Assembly: GCA_951406725.2 (NCBI GenBank)
Contig: OX597839.1
Coordinates: 16,740,001 to 16,804,000 of the forward strand
Origin: Octopus vulgaris
Lineage: Eukaryota
Direction: 5' to 3'
DNA: 64,000 bases
Of this stretch, positions 25,628 to 39,834 are shown in pieces; position 1 is the first letter of the stretch; each line of letters starts with the position of its first letter. The translations under genes were made by a program, and so were the position numbers. Below the pieces are notes generated by a model, which worked only from the letters and a program-made list of their open reading frames with translations, was not told the DNA's origin and made no database searches.

Positions 25628-26958
25628 TGTGTAAGATGGGTGCCAAGAGAGCTTACTACAGAGCACAAGTGTCAACATCTTGAGGTCTGCTGACATTTTA
25701 CTTGATTGTTACAGCAATGAGGATGACAAATTTTTGAGCAGAATAGTCATAGGAGATGAAACATGGGTCCATCATTATGAGGCAATATCCTATTTCTTTA
25801 CTACCCACAAGGGGCTAAACACAGAGAGGATAAACAAGGACAGACAAACGGATTAAGTCGATTATATCGACCCCAGTGTGTAACTGGTACTTATTTAATC
25901 GACCCGGAAAGGATGAAAGGCAAAGTCGACCTCGGCGGAATTTGAACTCAGAACTTTAATGGCAGATGAAATACCTATTTCTTTATTACCCACAAGGGGC
26001 AAAACATAGAGGGGACAAACAAGGACAGACATAGGTATTAAGTCAATTACATCGACCCCAGTGCGTAACTGGTACTTAATTTATCGACCCCGAAAAGATG
26101 AAAGGCAAAGTCAACCTTGGCTGAATTTGAACTCAGAACGTAATGACAGACAGGGACAGACAAACGGATTAAGTCGATTATTTTGACCCCAGTGCGTAAC
26201 TGGTACTTATTTAATCGACCCCGAAAGGATGAAAGGCAAAGTCAACCTCAGCGGAATTTGAACTCAGAACTTTAACGGCAGACGAAATACCGTTAAGCGT
26301 TTCACCCAGCGTGCTAATGTTTCTGCCAACTTATCCAAAAGACAGAGTATGGAGTAGAAAAATCCTGGTTCACCAGTGTTGAAGAATTTCAAGACTCAGC
26401 CTTCTACAGGAAAAGTGATGCTAACCCTTTTGGGGGACTCAAAAGGGCCTGTACTGGAAGACTACCTGGAAAAAGGATGTACGATCAACCATGCAAGATA
26501 CAGTGCTTTGCTGGCCAACAAACTGAAGCCAGCAATTCGCACCAAATGCCAAAGCCTATTGTCAAAGAGAGTTTTGTTGTCGCAGGACAATCCGCACCAC
26601 ACACTGCAGCCCAGACTGATGAAACCATTAACCAACTGGGTTTTGAGATGCTGGAACACACTGCTATGGCCCAGATATCACCCCTTTTGAATTTCATATC
26701 TTTGGACCATTCAAAGATGGTTTACAAGATCGTCAATTTCCTATGGATGAAGATGTGAAAGAAGCGGGGCATAAATGGTTGCACGACCAACTGCAAATCT
26801 TCTTCTTGGATGGAATACATAAGCTTGTTGACCGCTTGACCAAGTGCATCGAAAAGGATAGAGACTATATAGAAAAATTAGGCACTTGTTTATCCCCTCC
26901 TTTTGTGTAAATGCATTGAAAAAACAGGAGTGTGTATAATTTTTTACCCTCTCTTGTA
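25628..26958 (+). mobile_element. Degenerate mariner interrupted by a tandem of family B SINEs (25790-26330)
   Basis: RIVIGDETWVHHYE before the SINEs; PSTGKVMLTL..D and LLSQDN after them; TIR-like end ..accctctcttg|ta. Confidence 0.88.
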
Positions 26959-27183
26959 TATATACACATACACAACCCAAATAAAGAAACAAACTAATAT
27001 TTTTGTAGGTATTAGAAAGAGATATAGAAATTAATAATTAATAAAGTTAATTCATTCGTCTATGATTGAATGTGTGTGTGTGTATGTGCGTGTATGTGTG
27101 TGCAAGCATGCGTGGGCATGTACATCTACATGAGTACATAGGCTTGTATAGGCATGCACATATGCATGTGTATGTGTGTGTGA

Positions 27184-27223
<40 letters not shown>

Positions 27224-27713
27224 AAGCGTGGGCAAGCATGTAAGCGTTTGCATCTGTATAAACAGGAACAATGAGTTTTCATTGTAATTGTTCTTCTAAT
27301 GAAGATCAATATGATCAATTCAATCAATTCCTACCTATGAATACTTTATTCTATCAATCTCGCGTAAGAGAAGGAAACTGAAGTTGGCTTGGGCAGGATT
27401 TGAACTCAAGTCGATAAAATCTCCCACTTTACTAGTGAAATTAGGTTTTATTAATAGGTGCAAGTATGGCAACGTGATTAAGAACTTTACTTAGTCACCA
27501 CGTGCTTCTCTTATTCTACCACAGTCTCAGCTATAAAAGATAAGGCATCAGTAGAAAGGTGTTTCCATAGGCAACCAGTCTTAAATTCCTCTGTTATGGC
27601 CAAGAAATTTATGATAAATAAGAGGGATAGTGAGAACCAAACCCTGGTAAACTTATGTTTGCACACTGATTGGGTGTGAGTGGTGTGTATAAGTGAAGAT
27701 GTGTGTGTGTATG

Positions 27714-27748
<35 letters not shown>

Positions 27749-28157
27749 GTATGTAGGAGTGGGTGTGTGGTAAGTAGCTTGCTTACCAACCAGATGGTTC
27801 AGTCCCACTCTGTGGCACCTTGGGCAAGTGTCTTCTACTATAGCCTTGGACCGACCAAAGCCTTGTAAGTGGATTTGGTAGACAGACACTGAACAAAGCC
27901 TGTCGTATATATGTGTGTGTGTGTGTATATATATGTATATATATATATGCATGTATGTATGTGTGTGTATATGTTTGTGTGTCTGTGTTTGACCCCACCA
28001 CCATCGCTTGACAACCAATGCTGGTGTATTTACGTCCCTGTAACTTAGCGGTTCAGTTTAAGAGACTGATAGAATTAGTATTGGGGTCGATTTGTTCGAC
28101 TAAAAGGCGGTGCTTCAGCATGGCCACAGTCAAATGACTGAAACAAGTAAATGAGTA

Positions 28158-29567
28158 ACTGCCAGTGTTATTCCTCTGTTCAAAAAGGGCGACCGCACAT
28201 CACCTGTCAACTATCGCCCAGTCAGTCTCACTAGCTGTATTGCAAAACTGATGGAATCGTGTGTCAGAGAAACACTTTGGAACTTTTGGTGCTCTCACAG
28301 TCTCATCCGACCCTCACAATATGGATTTGTCCCTAACTCCAGCTGCAGTGATCAGCTTGTCGAGTTCCTTGAGGACATTACTCAGATCACTGACAGTGGC
28401 TCATGGGTGGATGTTGTCTACCTTGACTTTGCTAAGGCTTTCAACTCTGTGCCACACAAAAGGCTTATGGTGAAACTCTCTGCAATGGGTGTGAGGGATG
28501 ACCTTTTTAACTGGTTGAAATCCTTCATTCTCAGCTGAAAGGAGGTAGTCACAGTTCTAGGACAGCATTCTACACCATATGAGATGTCATCGGGTGTACC
28601 ACAGGGATCTGTCCTTGGTCCCCTCTTGTTTGTGGCATACATTAATGACATAGATGCCAATTTAAAGAATGCCACAGTATTGAAATATGCAGACGACATC
28701 AAGCTGTACCTTGAAATCAAGAGGACAGATCCTGTTGTCTACAGCACTTTCCTGCAATCAGACCTGGACACAATGCAGCAATGGATCACAGACTGGCAAC
28801 TGAAACTGGCTGTGGACAAGTGTACCACCATGCATTTTGGGAGAAAAAACCCTGCGTCCACATACTCCCTCCACAACACTGATATCAAGAAATCCTCTTG
28901 CGAGCGTGACCTAGGCATCTCTGTCAGCAGTGATTTGTGTTGGACAAAGCATATCTCTAAAATTGTCAAGAAGGCCGAGGGTGTCTTGGCATCACTCAGC
29001 AAGACTTTTGTTAGCCGCTCTCCAGCCATCTATTTAAAACTGTATACAGCTATGGTATGACCACACTTGGAATTCGCATCATCAGTTTGGAACCCCTATC
29101 TTGCTCAGAACATTGACCTCCTGGAATCTGTCCAGAGACGTGCAACCAAACGCATACCCTCCATCAGACACCTACCATATTCTGAGCGCCTTGTTTCCCT
29201 GGGCATGGATTCACTGAAGCTCCAGCGTCTGGTGATGGACTTGGTAAACACCCACAAAGTTATCAACCACCTCACCAACAACAACACTGAACACCTTTTT
29301 GATCTCCATGTGTCTAACACATGTGGACATGCCTACAAAGTCAGAAAACAACACAGCCCCCATGACTTTCGGAAACATTTTTTCACGCTCAGAGTTGCTG
29401 AAGCATGGAATAAACTGTCTGCATCAGTTGTTGACTGCCATGACACTGCATCCTTTAAGGCCCTCATGCTTTCCGAAATCCGCCGAAACTACACCTGATT
29501 ATATATACACTTTAGATGAGTTGTAGTGCACCTGAGCACTGGACACAATGTTTTATTATTATTATTA
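28158..29567 (+). mobile_element. 5'-truncated CR1/L2-clade LINE (RT with in-frame stops)
   Basis: PLFKKGDR..NYRPVSLTS, YLDFAKAFNSVPH, SGVPQGSVLGP, YADDIKL, ERDLGI, LESVQRRATK; short 3' UTR and (TTA)n tail; stops at 28538 and 29060. Confidence 0.95.
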
Positions 29568-29768
29568 TATATGTATGTATGTATTTGTGTGTCTGTCTTT
29601 GTCTACCTGAGCATCGCTTGACAACTGATGTTGGTGTGTTTACGTCCTCGTAACTTAGCAGATCAGCAAAGAAACTGATAGGTTTACAAAGAATAAGTCC
29701 TGGGTCATTTTCGACTAAAAGTAGTGCTCCAGTATGGCTGTAGTCAAATGACTGAAACTAGTAAAAGA

Positions 29769-29802
<34 letters not shown>

Positions 29803-30362
29803 ATATATGTGTATACATATATGTATATATATGTGTATATATATATATATATGTATATAAATGTATGTTTCAATGTGCAGTTATAATAAAAGCAATTTTA
29901 CATTGATCTGAGCAATGGACTGGCATCCCGTCCAAGTGGGGAACCTACACACCAATGAAACCGGAAGACTGGCCCTTATGAGCCAGGCATGGCTTGAAAT
30001 GGAACAAACAACATCAACATTGATCTGAGGAATCAGTCTTTTCTGCTGTAGAGTGCAAATTTATCCTTAATCAAGATAAGTTACGGGGATGTAAACACAC
30101 CAACATTGGTTGTCAAGCGATGACGGGGAAACAAAAACAGACACAAAGACACGCACACATGAATATATACACACACACACACATATACATGATGGGGTTC
30201 TTTCAGTTTCTGTCTGTCAAATTCACTCAAAGCTTTAGTTGGGCTGAGGTTATAGCAGAAGACACTTACCCAAGGTATTATGCAGTGGGACTGAACCTGG
30301 GACCATGTGGTTGGGAAGCAAGCTTCTTACCACATGGCCACTATATATAGTAATGACATTTT

Positions 30363-30664
30363 GTTGTTCATTCTCAAGCCATGCCTGGCTCACAATGGGC
30401 TGGTTTCCCGGTTTCATTGGTGTATAGGTTCCCCACCTGGACGGGACACTGGTCCGTCGCAGGTGAGCTGCAAGATGCAGGAGGAAAGAGTGAGAGAAAG
30501 TTGTGGCGAAAGAGTCAGCAGAAGTTTGCCATTACCTTCTGCTGGAGCTGCGTGGAGCTTAGGTATTTTGCTCATAAACACACACATTGCCTCGTCTGAG
30601 ATTTGAACCCGCGATCCCTCGACCACGAGTCCGCTGCTCTAACCACTAGGCCATGTGCCTCCAC
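30363..30664 (-). mobile_element. tRNA-derived SINE family C with 11-bp TSD
   Basis: Reverse complement of 8426-8732; TSD aatgacatttt at 30352-30362 and 30665-30675. Confidence 0.9.
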
Positions 30665-31275
30665 AATGACATTTTACAGAGATACATTTTCAAAAGTATA
30701 GGTCATGGTTATACTGATAGAATTTAAAAATGAATAAAGAAGACACTTTTTTTTTTTTTTACTCAGAAATAAAATAAGTTCATATTTTATTAATCACCCA
30801 ATGACTAACTCACAGTCATTACTCACATAAGTCATTATCTTTATCCATACCATTTATTATTAATGTTAAACTGGATGACATTATATGAAACAAAACACCT
30901 GAGTTTAGGTTTAATCTACCACAAAACAGATCGAAAGTATAAATACTGACTGCTCTTGATTTATATTGCAGTAGGTTAAAAGTAAACTCGGAATTTTTTT
31001 TCCATTATTCCTTTCTATTGTATGTTAATAATGAATATCATAGATTATTTTCAGGTGTGTGGCACAACGATCATAAATTTAGTTTCTGAATTGTTAATAA
31101 GATTGCATCAGAATAATTGTCGTCTGCCCACTCACGGAGCCCAATCCTCAGTATCACTTCACCTAAATTCACCCCCAACTGTCCCTTGAGGGTCTATCCT
31201 GACACATTTCCACTGCCACCTCTCTCTTTTCACTCTCTATTTTTCTTAGTTTCTCTCTTTCTTTTCTGACTAGAG

Positions 31276-33054
31276 CAGTGGTTTCTTAACCATTTTTTAA
31301 ACCTATGGACCTCTTTCATTACTATTTTATTCTAGTGGCCCTCCCCCCATAGCCATTCATTAGTTTTATAGATACAATCTTCAAACTTCCTATTTTGTTT
31401 TTCAAACATTCACTTGTGTAGATTTGCAATAAGTCTCTCTGAGAGAACATGTTTCGGTTCCTAGAAACCTGTTAAACTATGTAAAACAGCCTAACCCAGG
31501 GTTCTCAATTATTATTTTTTTTTCCTATGGGCCCCATCGATTACTGTTTGGACCCCTTAGCCTAGTTTTATTGATATTTCTTTCAAAATTCCCATTTTGT
31601 TTTCCCCCCCATTTACTTGTGTAGAATTGCAATAAGTCTCTCTGAGAGAACATGATTTAGTTCCTAGAAACCTGTTAAACTATGTAAAACATCAGAGAAA
31701 GGAACCTCATTGTTTCATGCATTGTAAAACATGTAACACCACAGCGGGTCAGTTTCCTGATTTGATGTGTATGTGTGAAAGATGATGTGGAACCAGAATG
31801 ATCAGCCTAACCCAGGGTTCTCAATTATTTTTTTTTCCTATGGGCCCCTTCAATTACTGTTTGATTCTTTTTGACCCCTTAGCCTAGTTTTAGTGATACT
31901 TCTTTCAAAATTCCCATTTTGTCCCCAAATCCATTTACTTGTGTGGGTTTGCAATAGAACTTAGAGAACCTGTTTCAGTTCCTAGAAACCTGTTAAACTA
32001 TGTAAAACATCAGAGAAAGGAACCTCATTGTTTCATGCATTGTAAGACATGTAACACCACAGTGGGTCAGTTTCCTGTTTTACAGTGTGTGTGGAATATG
32101 ATATGCAACCAGGATGACCAGCCTAACCCAGGGGTTCTCAACCATTTTTTAGCTATGGACCCCTTTGATTACTCCTTTGCTCTGGTGGACCCCATTGCAT
32201 TTCAATGTTTAAAAACTAGAAAGACATACTTTATAGATAATTCTTTCTAAATTTCTTCTGCTTTTCTCCCATTATTCACTTACTCTTTTACTTGTTTCAG
32301 TCATTTGACTGTGACCATGCTGGAGCACCGCCTTTAGTCAAGCAAATCGACCCCAGGACTTATTCTTTGTAAGCCTAGTACTTATTCTATCGGTCTCTTT
32401 TGCCAAACCGCTAAGTTACAGGGGTGTATACACACCAGCATCAGTTGTCAAGCGATGTTGGGGGGACAAACACAGACACACAAACATATACACACACATA
32501 CATATATATATGATGGGCTTCTTTTCAGTTTCAGTCTACCAAATCCACTCATAAGGCTTTGGTCAGCCCAAGGCTATAGTAGAAGACATTTGCCCAAGGT
32601 GTCATGCAGTGAGACTGAACCTGGAACCATGTGGTTGGTAAGCAATCTACTTACCACACAGCCACTCCTACGCCTTGTGTACGTTTGCAATAGAATTCTC
32701 TGAGAGAACATGTTTCAATCGCTGGAAACATGTTAAACTATGAGAAAGAAACCAAGCTGTTTCTTGCAATAAATACATCTAAAACAAAATTCTTTTCATG
32801 GACCCTTAAAATACTACTGTGGATCCCCAAGTTACTATTTTGCTTGTGTTGAACCCCCAATGAATCTTATATGAACCCCAGTTGTGAACCACTGAACTAG
32901 GGTGTCCTTGTTCTCTTCAACAGCAAAATGCCCATCTCTATTCCTCTATTATTCTTTTCATGGACCCTTAAAATACTACTGTGGATCCCCAAGTTACTAT
33001 TTTGCTTGTGTTGAACCCCCAATGAATCTTATATGAACCCCAGTTGTGAACCAC
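31276..33054. mobile_element. hAT-like non-autonomous element with internal duplications and nested SINE A
   Basis: Ends cagtggtttcttaacc / gttgtgaaccactg; internal ~200-300-bp units repeated at 31380-32280; SINE at 32280-32674. Confidence 0.65.
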
Positions 33055-34263
33055 TGAACTAGGGTGTCCTTGTTCTCTTCAACAGCAAAATGCCCGTCTC
33101 TATTCCTCTATTATTCTTTTAACTTTTTATAAACTGGCACAAAACCACCTCCCTCGATAATACTTCTCCACCACCTGTTGATGGGTATTCGTCTTGCAAG
33201 TTACTTGATGACCTCACTAGTGCTGGTACCATGTGAAAAGCACGAAGTATATTCTGAAAAGTGGTTTGCATTAGGGAGGCCATCCAGCTGTAGAAACCGT
33301 GCCAAAGAAGACAGCAGAGTGTGACACAGTGTACGGATTGTCACCTCCATCAAACTGTCCAATGGATGCTAAATGATGATGATATTAAAAGTATACACAG
33401 ATATTTTTTCATCATTCCTTTCAATCTTATATTAATGAATGAGGGCGAGTGACTTAGTAGTTAGGGTGTTCAGCTCAAGATCATAACTTTTGTTTCCTTT
33501 TAGCACACTGTATTCTTGAGCAAGACACTTTATTTCACATTTCTCCAGTCTACTCAGCAAAAATGTTAAGTGCCTGTAGTTCAAAGGGCCAGCTTTTTCA
33601 CATTCTGTGTCATTTTGAATCTCCCTGAGAATTATGTCAAGGGTACACATGTCTGTGGAGTACTCAGCCACTTTCACATTAATTCCATGAGCAGGCTGTT
33701 CTCTTGATCAGATCCACTGAAGCCCCCTGTTGCAACCAATGGAGACCAGTTTTATGTTAATAATGAATAACATCTATTAAGATAAAAATCATAGATTTTG
33801 ATTTTGTATGTGTTGCAATGATCATGAATTAATTAGTTATTGAATTGCTAAAAAGATTTCATCAATATAATTGTTATATACTTTTGAGAATGCATCTCTG
33901 TTTAGGCTCAAAGGTCTGGGTATTTCTGGTTGGCAAGACACAACATGTTGAAACACCAATGTCCTAGAGTCCCCTGCACCAATGTAAAATTTCAATATAA
34001 AATATGCATTATTAAGGAAGTTATTGGGAAAACAAAGACAGGTTAGGAGACACCAGTCTGTAGTTAGAGAATCTTTCCTTCACTACATAAGTATTTCTAA
34101 TTAGATAGCACATCCAACCAAACTTGGATATATTGTTTATTAATCTCATGTAATGGGGTGCTGAAGAGTTCCTGGCTTTAGGTAAAAGAAAATACAGGAG
34201 AATCAATTTTGTGATACCCTTAAAGCCAGGAACTTTTCAGCACTCCTACACACACACACACAT

Positions 34264-34336
<73 letters not shown>

Positions 34337-34528
34337 TGATGGTAAGACAACACAAGAATGAATGAGACCTCGATATTATGTAAATAGAGGAATTTATCTG
34401 TAATATTGCCAATTATTCGGTTTCCATAATAAGACTCCAAGTTTTGGATGTCGGGGCGGAAAACTGCTCCGGCATCTGGTCAGTTATTGAGGCAATCAAA
34501 AAATGCTATGAAAATGACCATTTAACTC

Positions 34529-34589
34529 AATAACTGAAGAGATGCAGGAGCAGTTTTCTGTCTCGACATCCGAAACTTGGAGTCTTATT
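34529..34589 (+). ncRNA. Type I hammerhead-ribozyme-like motif in an inverted repeat (34390-34633)
   Basis: aataa CTGAAGA gatg..catc c GAAA cttggag TC ttatt; stem I aataa/ttatt; mutated mirror copy on - at 34428-34488. Confidence 0.65.
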
Positions 34590-34648
34590 ATGGAAACCAA
34601 ATAATTGTCACATATTATATTACAGATAAATTCATATATATATATATA

Positions 34649-34943
34649 TCATCATCATCATCATCATCATTTAGCGTCCGCTTTCCATGCTAGCATGGGT
34701 TGGACGGTTCAACTGGGGTCTGTGAAGCCAGAAGGATGCATCAGGCCCAGTCTGATCTGGCAGTGTTTCAACGGCTGGATGCCCTTCCTAACGCCAACCA
34801 CTCCGTGAGTGTAGTGGGTGCCTTTTACGTGCCACCCGCACAGGTGCCAGACGGAGCTGGCAAACGGCTACGGACGGATGGTGCTTTTTACATGCCACCG
34901 GCACGGGGGCCAGGCGAGGCTGGCAACGGCCACGAATGGATGG
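34649..34943 (-). mobile_element. RTE 3'-end fragment with hairpin repeats
   Basis: Reverse complement of ~58740-59030, (TCA)n tail. Confidence 0.9.
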
Positions 34944-34978
34944 TATATATACACACATATATACATACATATACATAC

Positions 34979-35048
<70 letters not shown>

Positions 35049-36014
35049 ATATGTATACACACACAGTTCCTGGCTTTGGGTAAAATAAAATACAGGAGGA
35101 TAGTTAATTATGATTTTTTTAAAAACACACTCTCCTCTCAGATTCACACACTTATTGCAGTGGTCCGTCAGTTTTTCTAAGCCCTGTAAAAGAACTTGGA
35201 AGGTTGGGCCTCCAACCAGGCCTTTCACAATATCCTTGAAGCCAGGAACTTTTCATCACTCCCTTGTAGAATCAGTGGCATAGCTAATAGAGGAATAAGG
35301 GGAGTGATCGCTCCCACCAAGCACATTTTTCAAAATTGGCCCCTTTTCAACAATTTTTAAAAAATCTTCAGTTCACTTGTGTGATAAAAGTCAAATCTCT
35401 TTTTTTTTGTTAATCACATGGCATTGGAAGATCTTTCTGAAGTCATTACTTTATTTGATCAAACTCTTGTGCTTTTGAACTGTCTGTTCAATCACCTGTG
35501 ATGTGTTTGTGGTCACTGACATCTGAAGAACTAAAACTAACCCTGATGTCATAACCTCTCAGTTCTGACAATACAGTGGAGTATTGGATAGTCACCTAGC
35601 TGGCAATAGCATAACCTAAAATTTTAGGTCCAATAAGTCTTGCACAACACCTGACTGACCCTCTCCAACACACTGACATGACCCATAGACAAACCAAGGT
35701 AAAATATCTGGTGCTAATATGGGTTGAAGGCTCAGAAATGTGTGAATACCATGATCTCAAACACAAGCTAAAGATCCCCAAAAATCTTCAATTCCAATCA
35801 CTGTATATCTGGGGTTTTTTTTATTAGTGAATAGGTACAGACGTGGCTGTGTGGTAAGTAGCTTGCTTACCAACCACATGGTTCCAGGTTCAGTTCCACT
35901 GCGTGGCACCTTGGGCAAGTGTCTTCTGCTATAACCTCAGGCCGACCAATGCCTTGTGAGTGGATTTGGTAGATGGAAACAGAAAGAAGCCTGTATATAT
36001 ATATATATATTATA

Positions 36015-36074
<60 letters not shown>

Positions 36075-36894
36075 TTCCTCAACCCACCATTGCTTGACAA
36101 CTGATGCTGGTGTGATTACATCCCTGTAACTTAGTGGTTTGGCAAAGGCAAAAGAGACCAATGGAATAAGTACTAGGCTTACAAAGAATAAGTCCTAGGG
36201 TCAATTTGTTCAACTAAAGGCAGTGCTCCAGCATGACTGCAATCAAATGACTGAAACAAATAAGAGAGAAAAATATATGTATGCATATTTGAATATGGAA
36301 AAACAAACAATAAGACTAAGGAACTCTTGGTACCAAAAGGAAAGTGTAACAGCTGGCATTTTACATCTGGTTATTCAAATTTCAAGTTTCTGAACTGTAG
36401 ACTGGGGACAAAGTGCGATATATGATGTCCGTTACTCAGAGTGTATAGGTAAGTGTGTACAAAAACGCTTCTAGATAAGAAAAGCAGATAAAATTTGTTT
36501 GAAAAGAAACATTTTCATAAATGTCTTTCACAGAGAAACACATTTTGATAATGAGCAAAATGTGTGCATACGCAGATGTGGTGGAATTAAAAATTAAAAC
36601 TGTGAGTGAATGATTAATCTTAAAATTGTGTAAATTGAATGTATGTTTAACAGGGGGGAGCATGCGCATGCACACACATGCTCGAAAGTTTAATATTGGA
36701 CGGAGAAGTGCTGTACTGTCAGTACTGTAAGTGAATAAGAAAACATGTTTTAGTTTGTGTATGTTTGTTTGGTATTTAAAGGCAAAAATTACATCAGTTC
36801 AGTTCCACACTGCACTTAAAGCCTGAAGGAAGTTTGGATGGAAAATAAATTATTTAAATTCATAAATATATAATACTATATACATATACATATA

Positions 36895-36925
<31 letters not shown>

Positions 36926-37208
36926 GTGTGTGTGTGTGTGTATATGTGTGTGTATGTATATATATATATATATATATAAAATGTATTAATGGTCAGTTGT
37001 TCATAAGTCCGAAAAAGAAGCTCTCTAAAATCTTTTGAGCAGTAATATCTAATGTAGTCTCTGGTTATGCACAGTTAGGATGTAGAGAAGTTATGTTCCT
37101 CCAGCCAAGAGGTTTGAGGAGTCACCCATAATGCTAAGAACATTATAGGTGTGAAACCAATGGTAACTTCCTGAACAACCACAATCAACAACTGCATTCA
37201 ATGTAACA

Positions 37209-37251
<43 letters not shown>

Positions 37252-37258
37252 CATATGC

Positions 37259-37299
<41 letters not shown>

Positions 37300-37319
37300 C
37301 ACATCCATCCATTCATACA

Positions 37320-37350
<31 letters not shown>

Positions 37351-37381
37351 GTACGTGTGTGTGTGTGTGTATGTTGCATAT

Positions 37382-37566
37382 TTATTTTGCTGTAATAAAT
37401 TTATTTTTTTTCATCATCATCAAAATCTCCGTTTTGTTCAGTCTTTCCAGTGCATTGGTCAAATTTTTGATGCTGGAATGGTCACTGAACAGTTTCCATT
37501 TCTGCAAGGCTTGGTATGCCATTTCCTTCGTAGCTTGATCACCGCTCTGGTATTGGTTTTCAATTA
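37382..37566 (-). CDS. Coiled-coil/death-domain protein, last coding exon
   Basis: Acceptor tgttgttgcag, phase 1; (I)[60 protein letters not shown]; AATAAA overlaps the stop. Confidence 0.85.
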
Positions 37567-37805
37567 CTGCAACAACAGAAGCACCACTCACGTTATTATT
37601 TTCGAATATGAAATATTGTCGACATTGGCATCATGCAAAAACAAACAAACAAAACAAATGAAGTGAGTCAAGAAGGAAGCCTGGAGCAATGTGAAATAAG
37701 AGTGTCTTACTCAAGGACACAAGGCATTGCTGGGAATTGAACTCATGACCTTACAATTGTGAGCCAAATACCCTTACCTCTAACCCATACACCTTCATAT
37801 GTGTG

Positions 37806-38180
37806 AAGGTGCAATGGCCCAGTGGTTAGGGCAGCGGACTCGTGATTGTAGGATTGCGGTTTCGATTCCCAGACTAGGCGTTGTGAGTGTTTATTGAGCG
37901 AAAACACCTAAAGCTCCGTGAGGCTCCGGCAGGGATGGTGGTGATCCCTGTTGTACTCTTTCACCACAACTTTCTCTCACTCATACTTCCTGTTTCTGTT
38001 GTACCTGTATTTCAAAGGGCCGGCCTTGTCACTCTCTGTGTCACGCTGAATATCCCCGAGAACTACGTTAAGGGTACACGTGTCTGTGGAGTGCTCAGCC
38101 ACTTACACGTTAATTTCACGAGCAGGCTGTTCCGTTGATCGGATCAACCGGAACCCTCATCGTTGTAACCGACAGAGTAC
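37806..38180 (+). mobile_element. tRNA-derived SINE (family C head, different tail)
   Basis: tggcccagtggttagggcagcggactcgtg..ggtttcgattccc; relatives at ~8290-8890 and 33440-33750. Confidence 0.85.
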
Positions 38181-38440
38181 TTCCATCCACACCTTCATAT
38201 GTAACTACTCTAAGATTTCAGTCTACCCATGTATTACTGCTTTGCTGAGTTTAAACCATAACAGCATTTCTGTCCAAGGTACCATACATTGAAATGAGAC
38301 TCAGAACAAAAAGACTGTAAAGCAAATGTATTAATTTACACAACTCTGTCTGTGCTTATTTGACAAGATCATAAGGTTTCAGGGGGGATTCTCTGGCGAC
38401 CCAACAATTAAAAGAATAGCAAGACATTAAATTTGAACGA

Positions 38441-38846
38441 GTGCAGGAGTGGCTGTGTGGTAAGTAGCTTGCTTACCAACCACATGGTTCCGGGTTCAGT
38501 CCCACTGCGTGGCATCTTGGGCAAGTGTCTTCTGCTATAGCCCCGGGCCGACTAATGCCTTGTGAGTGGATTTGGTAGACGGAAACTGAAAGAAGCCTGT
38601 CGTATATATGTATATATATATGTATGTGTGTGTATGTTTGTGTGTCTGTGTTTGTCCCCCTAGCATTGCTTGACAACCGATGCTGGCGTGTATACGTCCC
38701 TGTCACTTAGCGGTTCGGCAAAAGAAACCGATAGAACAAGTATTGGGCTTACAAAGAATAAGTCCCGGGATCGATTTGCTCGACTAAAGGCGGTGCTCCA
38801 GCATGGCCACAGTCAAATGACTGAAACAAGTAAAAGAGTAAAAGAG
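38441..38846 (+). mobile_element. SINE family A, full length, intronic
   Basis: Near-identical to 20429-20815. Confidence 0.93.
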
Positions 38847-38865
38847 AGTGTTAAGAAATACCTAC

Positions 38866-38988
38866 TTTCGATATCGCGCATTCTGGATCTTATATCTCGT
38901 GTTGGACGGAATGGTAAGATTTTGTACAAGCAAATCCAGTCTTTGCCGATTTCTGATGCAACCAGACTTGAGGCCTTGTCAAAAGTGG
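38866..38988 (-). CDS. Coiled-coil/death-domain protein, penultimate exon
   Basis: ttatatttcag acceptor, A|gtaggt donor, 123 nt, phase 1-1; TTFDKASSLVASEIGKDWICLYKILPFRPTRDIRSRMRDIE. Confidence 0.85.
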
Positions 38989-39520
38989 CTGAAATATAAC
39001 AAAGAAATGGAGATAATGATTTGAGAAAGCATTACACATGTATGATTTATTAAATTTGGCGTACATGCATACATACATACGATGAGGACAGTTGTGTAAA
39101 GAAGTGTGGAGGGAACCTGTGGAAGAGGTAAACCCAGGAAAACATGAGATGGTGAAGTATGATCTTCAAATGTTGGGCCTCATGGAGGAGATGACAAGTG
39201 ACCAAGACCCTTGGCGATATGCCTTGCTTGAGAAGACTCATCAAGCCAAATGAAATTGTAGTGTACAGTAGTGGTGTCATGTAACTGGCACCTGTACTGG
39301 TGGCACATAAAAGCACTCATGCCAGTGGCATGTAAAAAGCAGCCATTACTCTCTTGAAGTGGTTGACATTAGGAAGGCCATCATCTGTAGAAGGCATGCC
39401 AAATCAGACTGGAACCAGTCAAACCGTCCAACCCATGCCAGCATGGAAAGCAGATGTGAAATGATGATATTGATGATGATGATATACATACACATAATAC
39501 ATATATATATGCATATATAC

Positions 39521-39583
<63 letters not shown>

Positions 39584-39834
39584 TACATATATATACATAC
39601 ATACATATATAAATTTGGCTTACAGCTGTTTCCATAGCCATTATAGGTACATTATTAATAGGTTTAGTCTATTGGTCTCTTGATCAACTGAGGTAAATTG
39701 AATGACTTAAGAAAATTAATGCTACTTTTGTCAGAGCCATTTCTGGTTATAACAAATGCCCATGCACACACAGACTCTCACACACTGCAGTATATATGAA
39801 ATGTACATTATTAAAAAGAAATCACGTCACTTAC

